Notes: generated by a model not told the origin, from the letters alone. 64,000 bases of DNA from Candidatus Poribacteria bacterium (GCA_022819945.1 JAJEGI010000021.1:9310-73309); one strand, 5' to 3'. Positions 47,703-57,195 are shown, numbered from the stretch's first letter. Translations and numbers: made by a program.

Positions 47703-48587
47703 CTAAATCAATGTGAACACGCTGAAGAGGATGTCTATCAGACGCTTAACGATACCGCTTATGCCCCGCCTCGGTGTTTCTTGCAATTGTAGCACCGGTA
47801 TGCCCTCAAAGAAAGTAATGGCGGTGCCACCTCTGATAGATTCGGAGAGTTTGGGTAGGACATTAATTTGGACTGGTACGCCTTCACACGCTTGAAGAAT
47901 CTGTAGAGTCGTGTCATTCGGCACCACTGGTGATGCAATAAAGAGCGTGTCAAGTCGATGTTTTTGCACAAGTACCCGTATATCTTGACGCTCACCGAGA
48001 TACGGCACTGCCGAATCATCAGCACCTACCTTCTCGGCGATTATACCAACCAATTCGTATCCGCTATTCGGTTTTGCCTTCAAGACGGCGATAAACTTTT
48101 CGGAGTGAGCATCATAATTTCCGATGAGTGCGATACGGCTCACACCAACACCTTGCGCGTGAATCGCCTGTCGGAAACGATGCAAAACGAGTCGCCCCAA
48201 AAACAGCCAGACGAGACTGAATCCCGAGGCGAGCAGTATCACCCAACGCGAGTAAGCATCGTAATGATGATAGATGAGAAAGAGGGCAGCTAACGTGGCA
48301 ATAAATGCGATACTGGTAGTCTTACAGAGTGTCCAGAACGCTGAAAACGTCGCGTTGCTTTCGAGCCGATAGAGTCTTAATCCCTTCAGCGTCATCAACC
48401 AGATAATCGCCATCAATGGGATAAGCCGGAAATAGTCATCAAGCGGCGGGATGTCACCTTCATGTAACGGTATCCAACCGGATTCAAACCGAACCCAATA
48501 CGCGACAACAACTGCAGTAGCGATAAAACAGAGGTCCAATAAGACTGTAAGCGCGATGAGCAAATGGTCGAGTGTTTTCTTGTTCAT
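47703..48587 (-). pseudogene. Truncated WcaJ-like undecaprenyl-phosphate sugar phosphotransferase
   Basis: 4 TM plus CoA-binding-like domain; stops at KRLIDILFS, where the Bac_transf catalytic domain would begin. Confidence 0.7.
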
Positions 48588-48893
48588 TGACAGAATATAG
48601 GCTGGAACTTGTAAGCCCATATTGAGGCGTGAGCTGATCAAGTTACCGCTTGTATTTATTGGGTATTGGCTCTCTGAAAACTGGTTGAAGTCCGCAACAG
48701 TGCACGCCAGTAGATGGATTAAAGTATAGCAGATTTGTGCCCTGCCTGCAAATAAAATAGGCACTACGCGAGGATTAGGGCAGTATGAAAGTTACTGATA
48801 AATTACCCATAACGTGTTATGCTATCGTTACAGACTTTTGCAACCTAAATTTCGGAAGCCTGCAAGTTATGCCGAAATCGGAGGAGAGACACA

Positions 48894-49985
48894 ATGGCGA
48901 ATCAACTGAAAGTGGGAATTGTTGGGGCACACCGTGGGAGTTCTTATGTTGCACCTTTTAAAGCGATCGCAGAGACCGAGGTGACGGCGTTTTGTGACAT
49001 CAATGAAGAGACGCTCCAGAGCGTCACTGAACGATTTGATGTTCCACAGCAGTTTACAGATTATACGGCGATGCTGGACGCAGTGGATCTCGTGGTGCTT
49101 GCGACACCGGAGAATTTACACGTGCCGCAGTCGATTGAAGCTTTAGAAGCGGGGAAACACGTTATCAGCGAGGTAACAGCCGCTGTCAAGTTAGAGGAAT
49201 GCTACGATTTAGTTCGGGCGGTTCGGAAGTCGTCTGCCAAATACACGATGGCTGAAAATACGTGCTATTCTAAGTCTAATGTGTTAATCCGTAGCATGGT
49301 AGAAGCGGGAATGTTCGGAGAAGTCTATTTTGGAGAAGGCGAGTATCTCCACAACATCAAGTCGCTCCATCACGATGCAGCAGGTAATCCGACGTGGCGA
49401 TATTATTGGCAAGTCGGCATTAATCGATGCAATTATGCGACACATAGCCTCGGCCCAGTACTCCAATGGTTTGGGAGTCGTGTCGCGAGTGTGTGTTGTC
49501 TTGGAACCGGTGTTAACACGGATCCTGAACATGCGATGGAAGATACAGTGATGATGCTGTGTAAAACGGACTGTGGCGGGTTAATTAAGATTCGGATTGA
49601 TATGCTCTCGAACCGTCCGGCAAATTCCTATTTTAGTCTACAAGGGACAGACGGGTGTTATGAGAGTTCGCGTGGACTTGGTGCGGCACCGAAGATTTGG
49701 TTGAGTGAGTTCGGCATAAGCGAACAATGGAGACCGCTCTCCCAATTTGAAGACTGCCTGCCTGAACGATGGAAGAATCCGCCTGCTGAAGCAGAAAATG
49801 CTGGCGATCTTGGCGAATATTTCAAGGTGCGGGACTTTGTCGATAGTATCCTCACCGATACGGAACCGCCGCTGGATGTCTACACGGCGATGGATTTCAC
49901 AGTGCCAGGTTTGGTTTCGGAGCAATCTATTGCGAACGGTGGTGCCCCGATGGAAGTCCCCGATTTTCGGAAAATTGATTTTTAA
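48894..49985 (+). CDS. Gfo/Idh/MocA family oxidoreductase
   Basis: VGIVGA, GKHVISEV, MAEN, GEYLH, YATHSLGP. Confidence 0.9.
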   Translation: MANQLKVGIVGAHRGSSYVAPFKAIAETEVTAFCDINEETLQSVTERFDVPQQFTDYTAMLDAVDLVVLATPENLHVPQSIEALEAGKHVISEVTAAVKLEECYDLVRAVRKSSAKYTMAENTCYSKSNVLIRSMVEAGMFGEVYFGEGEYLHNIKSLHHDAAGNPTWRYYWQVGINRCNYATHSLGPVLQWFGSRVASVCCLGTGVNTDPEHAMEDTVMMLCKTDCGGLIKIRIDMLSNRPANSYFSLQGTDGCYESSRGLGAAPKIWLSEFGISEQWRPLSQFEDCLPERWKNPPAEAENAGDLGEYFKVRDFVDSILTDTEPPLDVYTAMDFTVPGLVSEQSIANGGAPMEVPDFRKIDF

Positions 49986-50036
49986 TTTTGCCTTGCGGAG
50001 GAGTCAAGTGAGTTTTGTACTTGACGTGCCATCCTC

Positions 50037-50073
50037 AAATCCGCCCTCCACTACGTTACGGGCTTACGTTTTC
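50037..50073 (+). repeat. 36 bp repeat, copy 1
   Basis: aaatccgccctccactacgttacgggcttacgttttc. Confidence 0.65.
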
Positions 50074-50178
50074 GCGCCTCAGAAACCAAAGACTTTCCAC
50101 AGTTTCTGATCGGTTCCGCACGCGCCGATGTACGTTCTACAATTTTGGGTAGAGGATTGGATCCGGGAACAGTAAAGT

Positions 50179-50352
50179 TTACTCTTCTTCTACGGGCGAA
50201 AAGACGAGGCCACAGCTGCTGCAGCGGTAGCCACTCTCTGGTTTCGATTCCACAACAGGGAAAAGCATACCACAACAGATAGGACACGGTTCGTCAATTT
50301 CCATGTCGGCTTGTTCCATTTCGCCAGAGCGATTTTCAAATTCAACGATCAT
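50179..50352 (-). CDS. 57 aa zinc-ribbon-like protein (below ORF-track cutoff)
   Basis: MIVEFENRSGEMEQADMEIDEPCPICCGMLFPVVESKPESGYRCSSCGLVFSPVEEE*; AAGGGA RBS. Confidence 0.75.
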   Translation of the reverse strand: MIVEFENRSGEMEQADMEIDEPCPICCGMLFPVVESKPESGYRCSSCGLVFSPVEEE

Positions 50353-50412
50353 ATTTTTAATTTCCCTTGCGGTTAAAGCACGTTAATTGGTGCCCTGAAA
50401 AGTTCGTTCTTA

Positions 50413-50448
50413 AAATCCGCCTTCCACTTCGTTTCAGGCTACGTTTTC
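50413..50448 (+). repeat. 36 bp repeat, copy 2
   Basis: aaatccgccttccacttcgtttcaggctacgttttc. Confidence 0.65.
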
Positions 50449-50504
50449 TATACTAACATGAGTTTGAATCGCGAGCACGACGTACTTCTACCTAAGAGGC
50501 AGTT

Positions 50505-50781
50505 TTACTCAGCAATAGTAACACGCCTATAGATGTCGTGCAAGGATATCTTGCATCCGATTGAGGTGAGCGGCAGGACATCTTCAGGTGCCCGAAATTC
50601 GGTATGATCCCACTGTTCACCTTGCCGCCGATAATGTTCAACGCAGCATCTGTTCTGTGAGACAAGGATGTAGTCTTGCAGTGATGTAAGTTGTTGATAG
50701 TGTTCAAATTTCTCGCCTCGGTCATAGGCTGCAGATGTACGCCTCAGGGGTGAAGAGGGTTTGTGCCGGAAGAGATGCCAT
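50505..50781 (-). pseudogene. Uma2 family endonuclease with internal deletion and frameshift
   Basis: MASLPAQTLFTPEAY joined out of frame to AYDRGEKFEHYQQLTSLQDYILVSQ...VEHYRR...LHDIYRRV*. Confidence 0.8.
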
Positions 50782-50815
50782 ACGTATTTCCTTCAATAGA
50801 AGTCATATTGACAAC

Positions 50816-50844
50816 ATGATACCGCACTTTTAGGCAAAAGTCAA
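50816..50844 (-). promoter_or_regulatory. Sigma70 promoter of the Uma2 pseudogene
   Basis: TTGACT-17-TATCAT. Confidence 0.55.
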
Positions 50845-50872
50845 TCTTTTTCTCTGTGGTGTTCAGAACGAT

Positions 50873-51202
50873 TTAGTATCTCGGTAGGGTTGGATCAATT
50901 TCGGCTGCCCATTGGTCAATACCGCCGATGAGGTTCTTTGCGGCTGTAAACTCGTTTTGTTGTAGATAGGCGACGGCATAGAGACTACGCTGGCCATGAT
51001 GGCAGTAGACAACAATTTCTTGGTCTGACGGGAGGCTATCTACGTGGTGAGGTAGTGTGTTGAGGGGTATTAATCGCGCACCGTTGATATGCACGATGTC
51101 GTATTCGCTCGGTTCTCGAACATCCAATAACAGGACAGATTCATTATCGTCGAGTTTCTGTTTCAATTCTTCTGGGGAAATTTCAGGGAGCATACTTTGC
51201 AT
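50873..51202 (-). CDS. Single-domain rhodanese/sulfurtransferase
   Basis: LDVRE..E, HI.GA, VYCHHGQRS, NLIGGIDQW, DPTLPRY. Confidence 0.92.
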   Translation of the reverse strand: MQSMLPEISPEELKQKLDDNESVLLLDVREPSEYDIVHINGARLIPLNTLPHHVDSLPSDQEIVVYCHHGQRSLYAVAYLQQNEFTAAKNLIGGIDQWAAEIDPTLPRY

Positions 51203-51205
51203 AAC

Positions 51206-51592
51206 TCAGTTCTCTTTCTCAGATGCGGTAGGTGAATTTTCAGAAAGGGGCGCGCATTCTGGACACGGGCATGTTTCACGTAGCACTTCAAACGGGTAGA
51301 TGCCAGTGTTGTGTCCATCGTTCCAACTGAACTGGAGCGCGTAGCGGCCGACTAACTGGACATCAAGCGGTTGAATATCGTCTAAGACCTCGATTAATGT
51401 CACATCTCCATCGCCTTGTGGTGAAAAGAGAGAGTGGATATCTCTCCCTTTGTGCCGGATGATGGAACATTCAGCACACGGACACATCTGCCGGAGATAG
51501 GTGTATGGATACCAACTGACATGTCCATCTTTCCACTCTATCTGAAAGGTTTTGTCGTGTTTTTTGAGAAGTTTCGGAATTTTTTTTACCAT
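51206..51592 (-). CDS. DUF971 (GBBH-like N-terminal) metal-binding protein
   Basis: W.DGH...LRQMCPCAEC...VGRYAL..W.DGHNTGIY. Confidence 0.88.
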   Translation of the reverse strand: MVKKIPKLLKKHDKTFQIEWKDGHVSWYPYTYLRQMCPCAECSIIRHKGRDIHSLFSPQGDGDVTLIEVLDDIQPLDVQLVGRYALQFSWNDGHNTGIYPFEVLRETCPCPECAPLSENSPTASEKEN

Positions 51593-51867
51593 CCTCTGGA
51601 ATTTGCACCAATAGATCTTCTAAAGTATAGTTGGGACGTTTTACGGAATTGCTCCCTTTTTCACTGCACATTGGCTCAAACTCACCTACTCCTTTCTCTG
51701 CGTGGAACTCATCTGTCCGTTCTCAATGAACTGATCGGAGATAACAGAAATACGCTATCAAGATTGAGGATTCAGTGGAAGAGAACGTTTTTTCTGACAT
51801 GATATTTCCTCTTACATGCGCGGTTAGAAAGCACACTTATTGCATTGGAAATTGCCTGATGAACTTT

Positions 51868-52170
51868 TTAAAAGAAGCCGAGTTCATCCTTTGCGTCGTC
51901 GCTCATCATTTCCATGGTCCAGGGTGGGTTCCAAACGACATTAATATTGACTTCGTCAATCCCGTCTAATTGCTGTGTGACGTGCTGTGTACCGTTGATA
52001 ATCTGGCCACCCGCGGGACATCCCATGCTCGTTAGAGTCATTGTAATATCAACAGTGGTGTCGTTGACATCAACGCCATAGATAAGTCCCATATCGACGA
52101 TGTTGATACCGATTTCGGGGTCGATAATGTTTTCTTTAATCGTTTCTAATACAGTATCTTCGGATACCAT
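51868..52170 (-). CDS. sufT: DUF59/SufT Fe-S assembly factor
   Basis: DPEIGINIVDMGLIY, TLTSMGCP, WNPPW. Confidence 0.9.
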   Translation of the reverse strand: MVSEDTVLETIKENIIDPEIGINIVDMGLIYGVDVNDTTVDITMTLTSMGCPAGGQIINGTQHVTQQLDGIDEVNINVVWNPPWTMEMMSDDAKDELGFF

Positions 52171-52201
52171 TAGGTTGTCCTCCTATAACGAATCAAATTA
52201 A

Positions 52202-52513
52202 TCAATCAACACTGACAAGGATGTCGTCATCCTCAATTTTGATGGCGTAACATTCGATGGGTTCAACGGCAGGCATACAGAGCGGTTCTCCGGTTTTCAC
52301 ACAAAAGCGTGCACCGTGCCGTGGGCATTCTATCTCGTCGCCGTTGAGAAAACCTTCAGCCAAGGGACCGCCATCGTGCGTGCAAACGTCCTCCATCGCG
52401 TAAAACTCGCCTTCCACGTTAAAGAGTAGCACGGGGACGAAATCTACTTCAACCAATTTTTTTGTGCCGGGTGTTACTTCACTCACTTTTGCAACTTTAT
52501 AGAATTCTGGCAT
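52202..52513 (-). CDS. Rieske-type [2Fe-2S] ferredoxin
   Basis: CTHD...CPRHGARF. Confidence 0.92.
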   Translation of the reverse strand: MPEFYKVAKVSEVTPGTKKLVEVDFVPVLLFNVEGEFYAMEDVCTHDGGPLAEGFLNGDEIECPRHGARFCVKTGEPLCMPAVEPIECYAIKIEDDDILVSVD

Positions 52514-52579
52514 ATTCTCGTTCTTTTCCTCTCATTCACTTAAAACTATAGGTGCCGCACGTGTTAAGAGAGGCATGTT

Positions 52580-52908
52580 TTAACGCATCGCGTAAGCCCT
52601 GGTATGTGGACCTATAGTTAAAAAAACACTGTTTCGGGCGTTCTTTCCTCACAGAAACAATATTGGCATTCCTTGATGGATTGGCATTCCTCACAGATAA
52701 CAAAAATTATCCGAAAATTTCTATCTATCCGAGAACTACGGCAACCTCGTAGACCTAATCCACCAGATACTCGTCCGAGTCGTTCCGTGCGATCATAAGG
52801 ATCTATAAGTATTTGTTCAATTTTTCGCTGGATACGATGCCGCAAACTTGAGTAACGGGCGAGATTGCGGACGAATTTATCTTCATAAAACGCTTGGTAA
52901 TCATTCAT
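52580..52908 (-). pseudogene. RelE/ParE-fold toxin with Cys-rich insert, frameshifted near the 3' end
   Basis: ORF stops at 52618 after a T7 tract; adding one T gives ...VFFLTIGPHTRAYAMR* ending at 52580. Confidence 0.65.
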
Positions 52909-53134
52909 TCCAAATTTCTTCGTGAGTATAAAACTTCAACTTCCCGCTTTTTTTACGCTCAAGGATATCTTCCATATCCTCATAAAGCGGAGATTCCTTA
53001 TCAAGATGAAAAATTCCGAGTTCTTGTGCCGCAAACCCTATCAATTCTTCACGAACGACCTTACGAATAAGACTTTCTAATTGTTGAACACTCAGTGTAA
53101 CTTTAGTTTCTTGCGTTGTTACATTGTCGTTCAT
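52901..53134 (-). CDS. Putative antitoxin
   Basis: 77 aa, overlaps the toxin start; LIRKVVREEL and K.YTHEEIW tail; GGAGG RBS. Confidence 0.7.
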   Translation of the reverse strand: MNDNVTTQETKVTLSVQQLESLIRKVVREELIGFAAQELGIFHLDKESPLYEDMEDILERKKSGKLKFYTHEEIWNE

Positions 53135-53244
53135 TTTTCCAACCTCCTTCTTTAAACCGGTGTTCCTCGCATATAATAAAAAACTATCTGAAAATTTCTA
53201 CGTCCTAGAGGATTATTACAACTCTTAGGTCTAATCCACTACTA

Positions 53245-53517
53245 TTAAATCAGAGACAGTATGTCCGCTATCAGTGGTGGAGTTACTAATATACGTCTGG
53301 GTGTGCTATGTATCTTCCATGGGCGTACCACACTTGCAATGTAAGCATGATAGTCGTAATAATCAAGGCTTGCACAGCGTTGCCACGGAGTCCCTGTTTC
53401 CTTACAAATACCATTGTTCCATTTTTGGTTTTCTTGGTTTCCGCGTGCAGCAAAACCGACGAATATCACTAACCACACGAAAAGACACAAGAAAATAATG
53501 AAAATCACTGATAACAT
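53245..53517 (-). CDS. Small hypothetical single-TM protein
   Basis: N-terminal hydrophobic helix; no recognisable family. Confidence 0.4.
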   Translation of the reverse strand: MLSVIFIIFLCLFVWLVIFVGFAARGNQENQKWNNGICKETGTPWQRCASLDYYDYHAYIASVVRPWKIHSTPRRILVTPPLIADILSLI

Positions 53518-53554
53518 GAACTACTTTTAGAATCAATTCGTGTGAAAAACATCC

Positions 53555-53941
53555 TTATTCCTCTTCACCAGGCCAGCAGTTGATGCCATAAGCACCCGCT
53601 TTGAGGACCTTGAGACCCAATAACGCACACTTGATGCGAACGGGTCCCAAAGGGATACCGACCATATCCAAAATGTCGTCTTTTGAGAGCTGCTTGACTT
53701 CCTCAAGGCTTTTGCCTTCAATCTTCTCAGTTAACATAGAGGCAGCCGCTAGACTAATCGTACAACCGTGACCACAAAAACGGACCTCTTTAATCTTGTC
53801 GTCTTCAACGAGTAAATCCATACGAATCTGATCTCCACAAAGCGGATTGTCTTCCTCGTGCGAGATATCAGGGTTCGGCAACGTCCCGTAGTTGCTCGGA
53901 TTTTCGTAATGGTCAAGCAGTTCTTCCTGATATATGTTCAT
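53555..53941 (-). CDS. sufU: SufU/NifU-like Fe-S assembly protein
   Basis: YQEELLDHY, NPLCGD, GCTIS, RIKCALL. Confidence 0.92.
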   Translation of the reverse strand: MNIYQEELLDHYENPSNYGTLPNPDISHEEDNPLCGDQIRMDLLVEDDKIKEVRFCGHGCTISLAAASMLTEKIEGKSLEEVKQLSKDDILDMVGIPLGPVRIKCALLGLKVLKAGAYGINCWPGEEE

Positions 53942-55197
53942 TGTTTTCTCCGGGTCATGAGTTTTTGCGTTCTACAGAGTCCATCATATAACCTGTCTAC
54001 ATCTTCGATTGTGTTGTAAAGATAAAAGCTGGCACGGGCGGTGGCGATAACATCCAATCGCTTCATGAGGGGTTGTGCACAGTGATGTCCTGCGCGGATC
54101 GCAACGCCGTGCGTATCTAAAACACCAGCCACGTCATGTGGGTGGATGCCTTCCATATTGAATGAGATAACACCCATTTTTTGATGCGGTGCGGACGGTC
54201 CATAGAGGGTGATACCTTCGATTTCTTTTAAGCGTTGATGTGCGTATTTTAGGAGTTCTTGTTCATGGACATGAATTGCTGCTAAGTTTGCTTGTGTAAT
54301 ATAGTCCGCGGCGTGCCCAAGTCCGATCGCTTCAGCGATGCTTGGGGTCCCCGCCTCGAATTTTGCTGGAAGTTCCGCGTAACTGGACACATCCCTTTCG
54401 ACGCTCCGAATCATCGAACCACCGCCGAGGAACGGTGGCATCTCTTCAAGGAGTTCTAACTTACCGTATAACACCCCGATACCGGTCGGGCCGCACATTT
54501 TATGCCCTGAAAATGCGAGAAAATCGCAGTCAAGTTGTTGAACGTCAACATGAAAATGAGGTGTCGATTGCGCTGCATCAACGACGACCTTTGCGCCGAC
54601 AGCGTGCGCAGCCTCAGTGACGGACTGAATTGGATTGATCGTTCCGAGTACATTAGAAACGTGTCCGATAGCGACAAGTTTCGTTTTTTCCGTGAGAACG
54701 TCACGGAATTGTGTGAAATCAAGCAACCCTTCATCGGTGATTTCAAGGAATCGGAGTACTGCCCCTGTCCGCTGTGCGAGCAGCTGCCAAGGCACAAGAT
54801 TGCTATGGTGCTCCATAACGGTCAGGACAATTTCATCGCCTTCCCGAATATTAGCACTCCCCCAACTATAAGCGACGAGATTAATGGATTCCGTTGTATT
54901 TCGCGTGAAGATAATCTGGCGCGTGCGAGGTGCGTTAATCAACTGTGCTATCTTCTCTCTTGCGCGTTCGTACTGCTCCGTCGCCTCTTCCGAGATACGA
55001 TAGATACCGCGATGGATATTGGAACGATAGGTATCGTAATAGGCATCCATCGCTTCAACGACTGGACGCGGGGTCTGTGTTGAGGCGGCGTTATCAAGAA
55101 AAGCCAACGGCGGTTCTGTCGCGAAGATCGGAAAATCTTTGCGGATGCTTTCTACATCAAGCGGACGAAAGTGCGCGGTGTGCATTCTGTTAATCAC
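53938..55197 (-). CDS. sufS: Cysteine desulfurase SufS
   Basis: LDNAAS, EHHSN, SGHKMCGPTG, RAGHHCAQP. Confidence 0.96.
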   Translation of the reverse strand: MINRMHTAHFRPLDVESIRKDFPIFATEPPLAFLDNAASTQTPRPVVEAMDAYYDTYRSNIHRGIYRISEEATEQYERAREKIAQLINAPRTRQIIFTRNTTESINLVAYSWGSANIREGDEIVLTVMEHHSNLVPWQLLAQRTGAVLRFLEITDEGLLDFTQFRDVLTEKTKLVAIGHVSNVLGTINPIQSVTEAAHAVGAKVVVDAAQSTPHFHVDVQQLDCDFLAFSGHKMCGPTGIGVLYGKLELLEEMPPFLGGGSMIRSVERDVSSYAELPAKFEAGTPSIAEAIGLGHAADYITQANLAAIHVHEQELLKYAHQRLKEIEGITLYGPSAPHQKMGVISFNMEGIHPHDVAGVLDTHGVAIRAGHHCAQPLMKRLDVIATARASFYLYNTIEDVDRLYDGLCRTQKLMTRRKQ

Positions 55198-55276
55198 CTT
55201 ATGAAGAAATCGCGACTCCCGGTAAGCACGCTTTCCTTGGCGTACTTACCGTTGGAGACGCATAAAGTAAGGTATA

Positions 55277-55618
55277 CTATCGGCTTGGGAAACCGATACT
55301 GACAGCAGAGGGTCCGTGGTCCTCACATGCCTGATCCGTCGGAACATCGGTTTCAGCGTCGCTGGATTTGACGATCCCTTCTGAAACCAGGTAGTGTTCC
55401 ACTTCATCGCCGCTGACATCGGCAAGCATTACGTCGTCAATCTGGACGCAGGGTTGATAAGGCTGCCGCGTTTTCTGAACCATTTCACGGTAGTTGTTTT
55501 CGTTGTTAATGATGTCTCTATCTTCATAGTCCAAACCGTATTTGGCGAAGATGGCACGGACACCATTGCTCCATCCGCAGACAGGCTTCATGTAAGCGAT
55601 AATTTTCGGTTGACTCAT
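55277..55618 (-). CDS. Monothiol glutaredoxin-like protein
   Basis: KPVCGWS active site, QPCVQID cis-Pro loop. Confidence 0.8.
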   Translation of the reverse strand: MSQPKIIAYMKPVCGWSNGVRAIFAKYGLDYEDRDIINNENNYREMVQKTRQPYQPCVQIDDVMLADVSGDEVEHYLVSEGIVKSSDAETDVPTDQACEDHGPSAVSIGFPSR

Positions 55619-55635
55619 TTTGAGTTGCTCCTTTT

Positions 55636-55810
55636 TTTATAAGTTATAAGTCGTCAGTTATAAGTTTTCAGAGGAACAGTTTCCAGTTACGAGTTACCAG
55701 TTAAAAGAAAGACTTGATACATCAAACTCTCACTGCGAGGCACTCTTAACTGGTTACTGGTTACTGCTCTGAAAGGTTTTTTCGGAGAAAAAACCGAACT
55801 GATGGCTAAC
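55636..55810. repeat. Heptamer-array element between sufD and grx
   Basis: ttataagttataag/cagttataag, ccagttacgagttaccagtta, then inverted taactggttactggttactg. Confidence 0.65.
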
Positions 55811-57180
55811 TACTCAAGTTTGTGCGCAATAGACGTACTCAATTCTTCGCGCACGGATTCCAACGGGATACGTTCCATGACGGGTTCAAAGAATCCGTCA
55901 ACAATTAACTTTTCTGCTTGTGCGTAAGACACACCACGACTCATGAGATAGAAAACTTGATCGGCATCAATTTTGCCAGCGGTTGCGCCGTGTGTACAAC
56001 GCACCTCGTGTGCCTGAATCTCTAATCCGGGCAAAGTATCGGCGTGTGCACGTTCACTCAGCAACAGATTATCGTTTTTCTGGTATGCATCGGTGTAGTT
56101 TGCCGATGGATAGACGTAGATATTTCCGCCCCATGCGGTCTGTGCTCTGTCTTTGAGGACAGTGCGATACATTAGGTCGCTGGTGGTATACGGTGAAATG
56201 TGTTCTTGTGCCGTGCTAACGTCTAAATGTTGGCGTGCGTCTGTAAAAGCGAGTCCCAGCATTTGTGCGTTACTTCCGGCACCTTCCAAGATAGAGGCTT
56301 GGTTGAGTTTGTTGAGTCTACCGCCGAATGTAGCACTGACCCAGCAGATCTGTGCATCTCTGGCGACCATCGCACGATGTGAGGCGAAATTCCAGACTGT
56401 TCGATTCCAACGTTGCACTTGTACATAGGTCACGTTTGCGTTCTGTCCTGCGAAGATTTCGACTGCACCGCTATGTAAACCGCTCGCGTCCGATGTCGTA
56501 GAGGCACTCTCCTCCAAAATCACAACCTGACTTCCCTCTTCAGCGATGATAAGCGTATGGGACAAGTCGGCTTGATCAGCTTCGGACATTTTGATATAGA
56601 CCCGCAGCGGCACTTCAACATTTACGCCTTTCGGGACGTGCAATAGGTAGCCGCCCTGCCAGAATGCGCCGTGCAGCGCGTCAAACTTATTATGTTGGGC
56701 AATATTTCCACTTTTTAACCCCGTCTCCAAGGTCACTGCTTTGTTCATGAAGTAGTCGCGGAGCAGTTCCGGCTGCTCCTGCAGTGCGGTGTGGAGATCC
56801 GCGAAGTAGACCCCTTTTTTCTTTAATTCTTCACTGTCAGAGATGTGTTGGCGTTGTCCGTCAACTTGCACAAGCACACCCGCCGTTTCCGCGTAGGGGC
56901 TGGGTAACCCAGCCCCTACTTCGGAGGAGGGACCACCGTTTGTTGGCAGACTCGGATGATACTTTTCGACATCAAGACCGCGGAGATACCGTCGCGTGCG
57001 TCGCCAATAATCTTGGGTACGCATATCGACCGTGCGTCGCCAGACATCATCTTCGGTCGTATGCGGCATCGGTAAAGACTCGTAAAGTGCGTAAGCCTCG
57101 AACCGTTTCTCACGCATCCACTGTGGTTCAGTTGCTGCTATTTTTTGAAGAAATTCTTTTGAAAAATGACCTTTTTGCAA
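55810..57180 (-). CDS. sufD: Fe-S assembly protein SufD
   Basis: Beta-helix, AYQKNDNLLL, PGLEI...VRCTHGATAG, FYLMSRG. Confidence 0.93.
   Translation of the reverse strand: MQKGHFSKEFLQKIAATEPQWMREKRFEAYALYESLPMPHTTEDDVWRRTVDMRTQDYWRRTRRYLRGLDVEKYHPSLPTNGGPSSEVGAGLPSPYAETAGVLVQVDGQRQHISDSEELKKKGVYFADLHTALQEQPELLRDYFMNKAVTLETGLKSGNIAQHNKFDALHGAFWQGGYLLHVPKGVNVEVPLRVYIKMSEADQADLSHTLIIAEEGSQVVILEESASTTSDASGLHSGAVEIFAGQNANVTYVQVQRWNRTVWNFASHRAMVARDAQICWVSATFGGRLNKLNQASILEGAGSNAQMLGLAFTDARQHLDVSTAQEHISPYTTSDLMYRTVLKDRAQTAWGGNIYVYPSANYTDAYQKNDNLLLSERAHADTLPGLEIQAHEVRCTHGATAGKIDADQVFYLMSRGVSYAQAEKLIVDGFFEPVMERIPLESVREELSTSIAHKLE
56893..56919. repeat. 27 bp GTAG palindrome inside the sufD coding sequence
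   Basis: GTAGGGGCTGGGT-a-ACCCAGCCCCTAC, read as VGAGLPSPY. Confidence 0.8.
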
Positions 57181-57195
57181 TTTGTTTTATCCTTT

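Noticed and set aside
51723-51725. In-frame TGA as a selenocysteine codon, given selA
   Set aside because: No redox motif context, no recognisable selenoprotein family and no convincing SECIS hairpin; decay is more likely.
55205-55265. Hairpin GGTAAGCACGC...GCGTACTTACC between grx and sufS as a riboswitch
   Set aside because: A single stem with no recognisable aptamer; at most a stability element.
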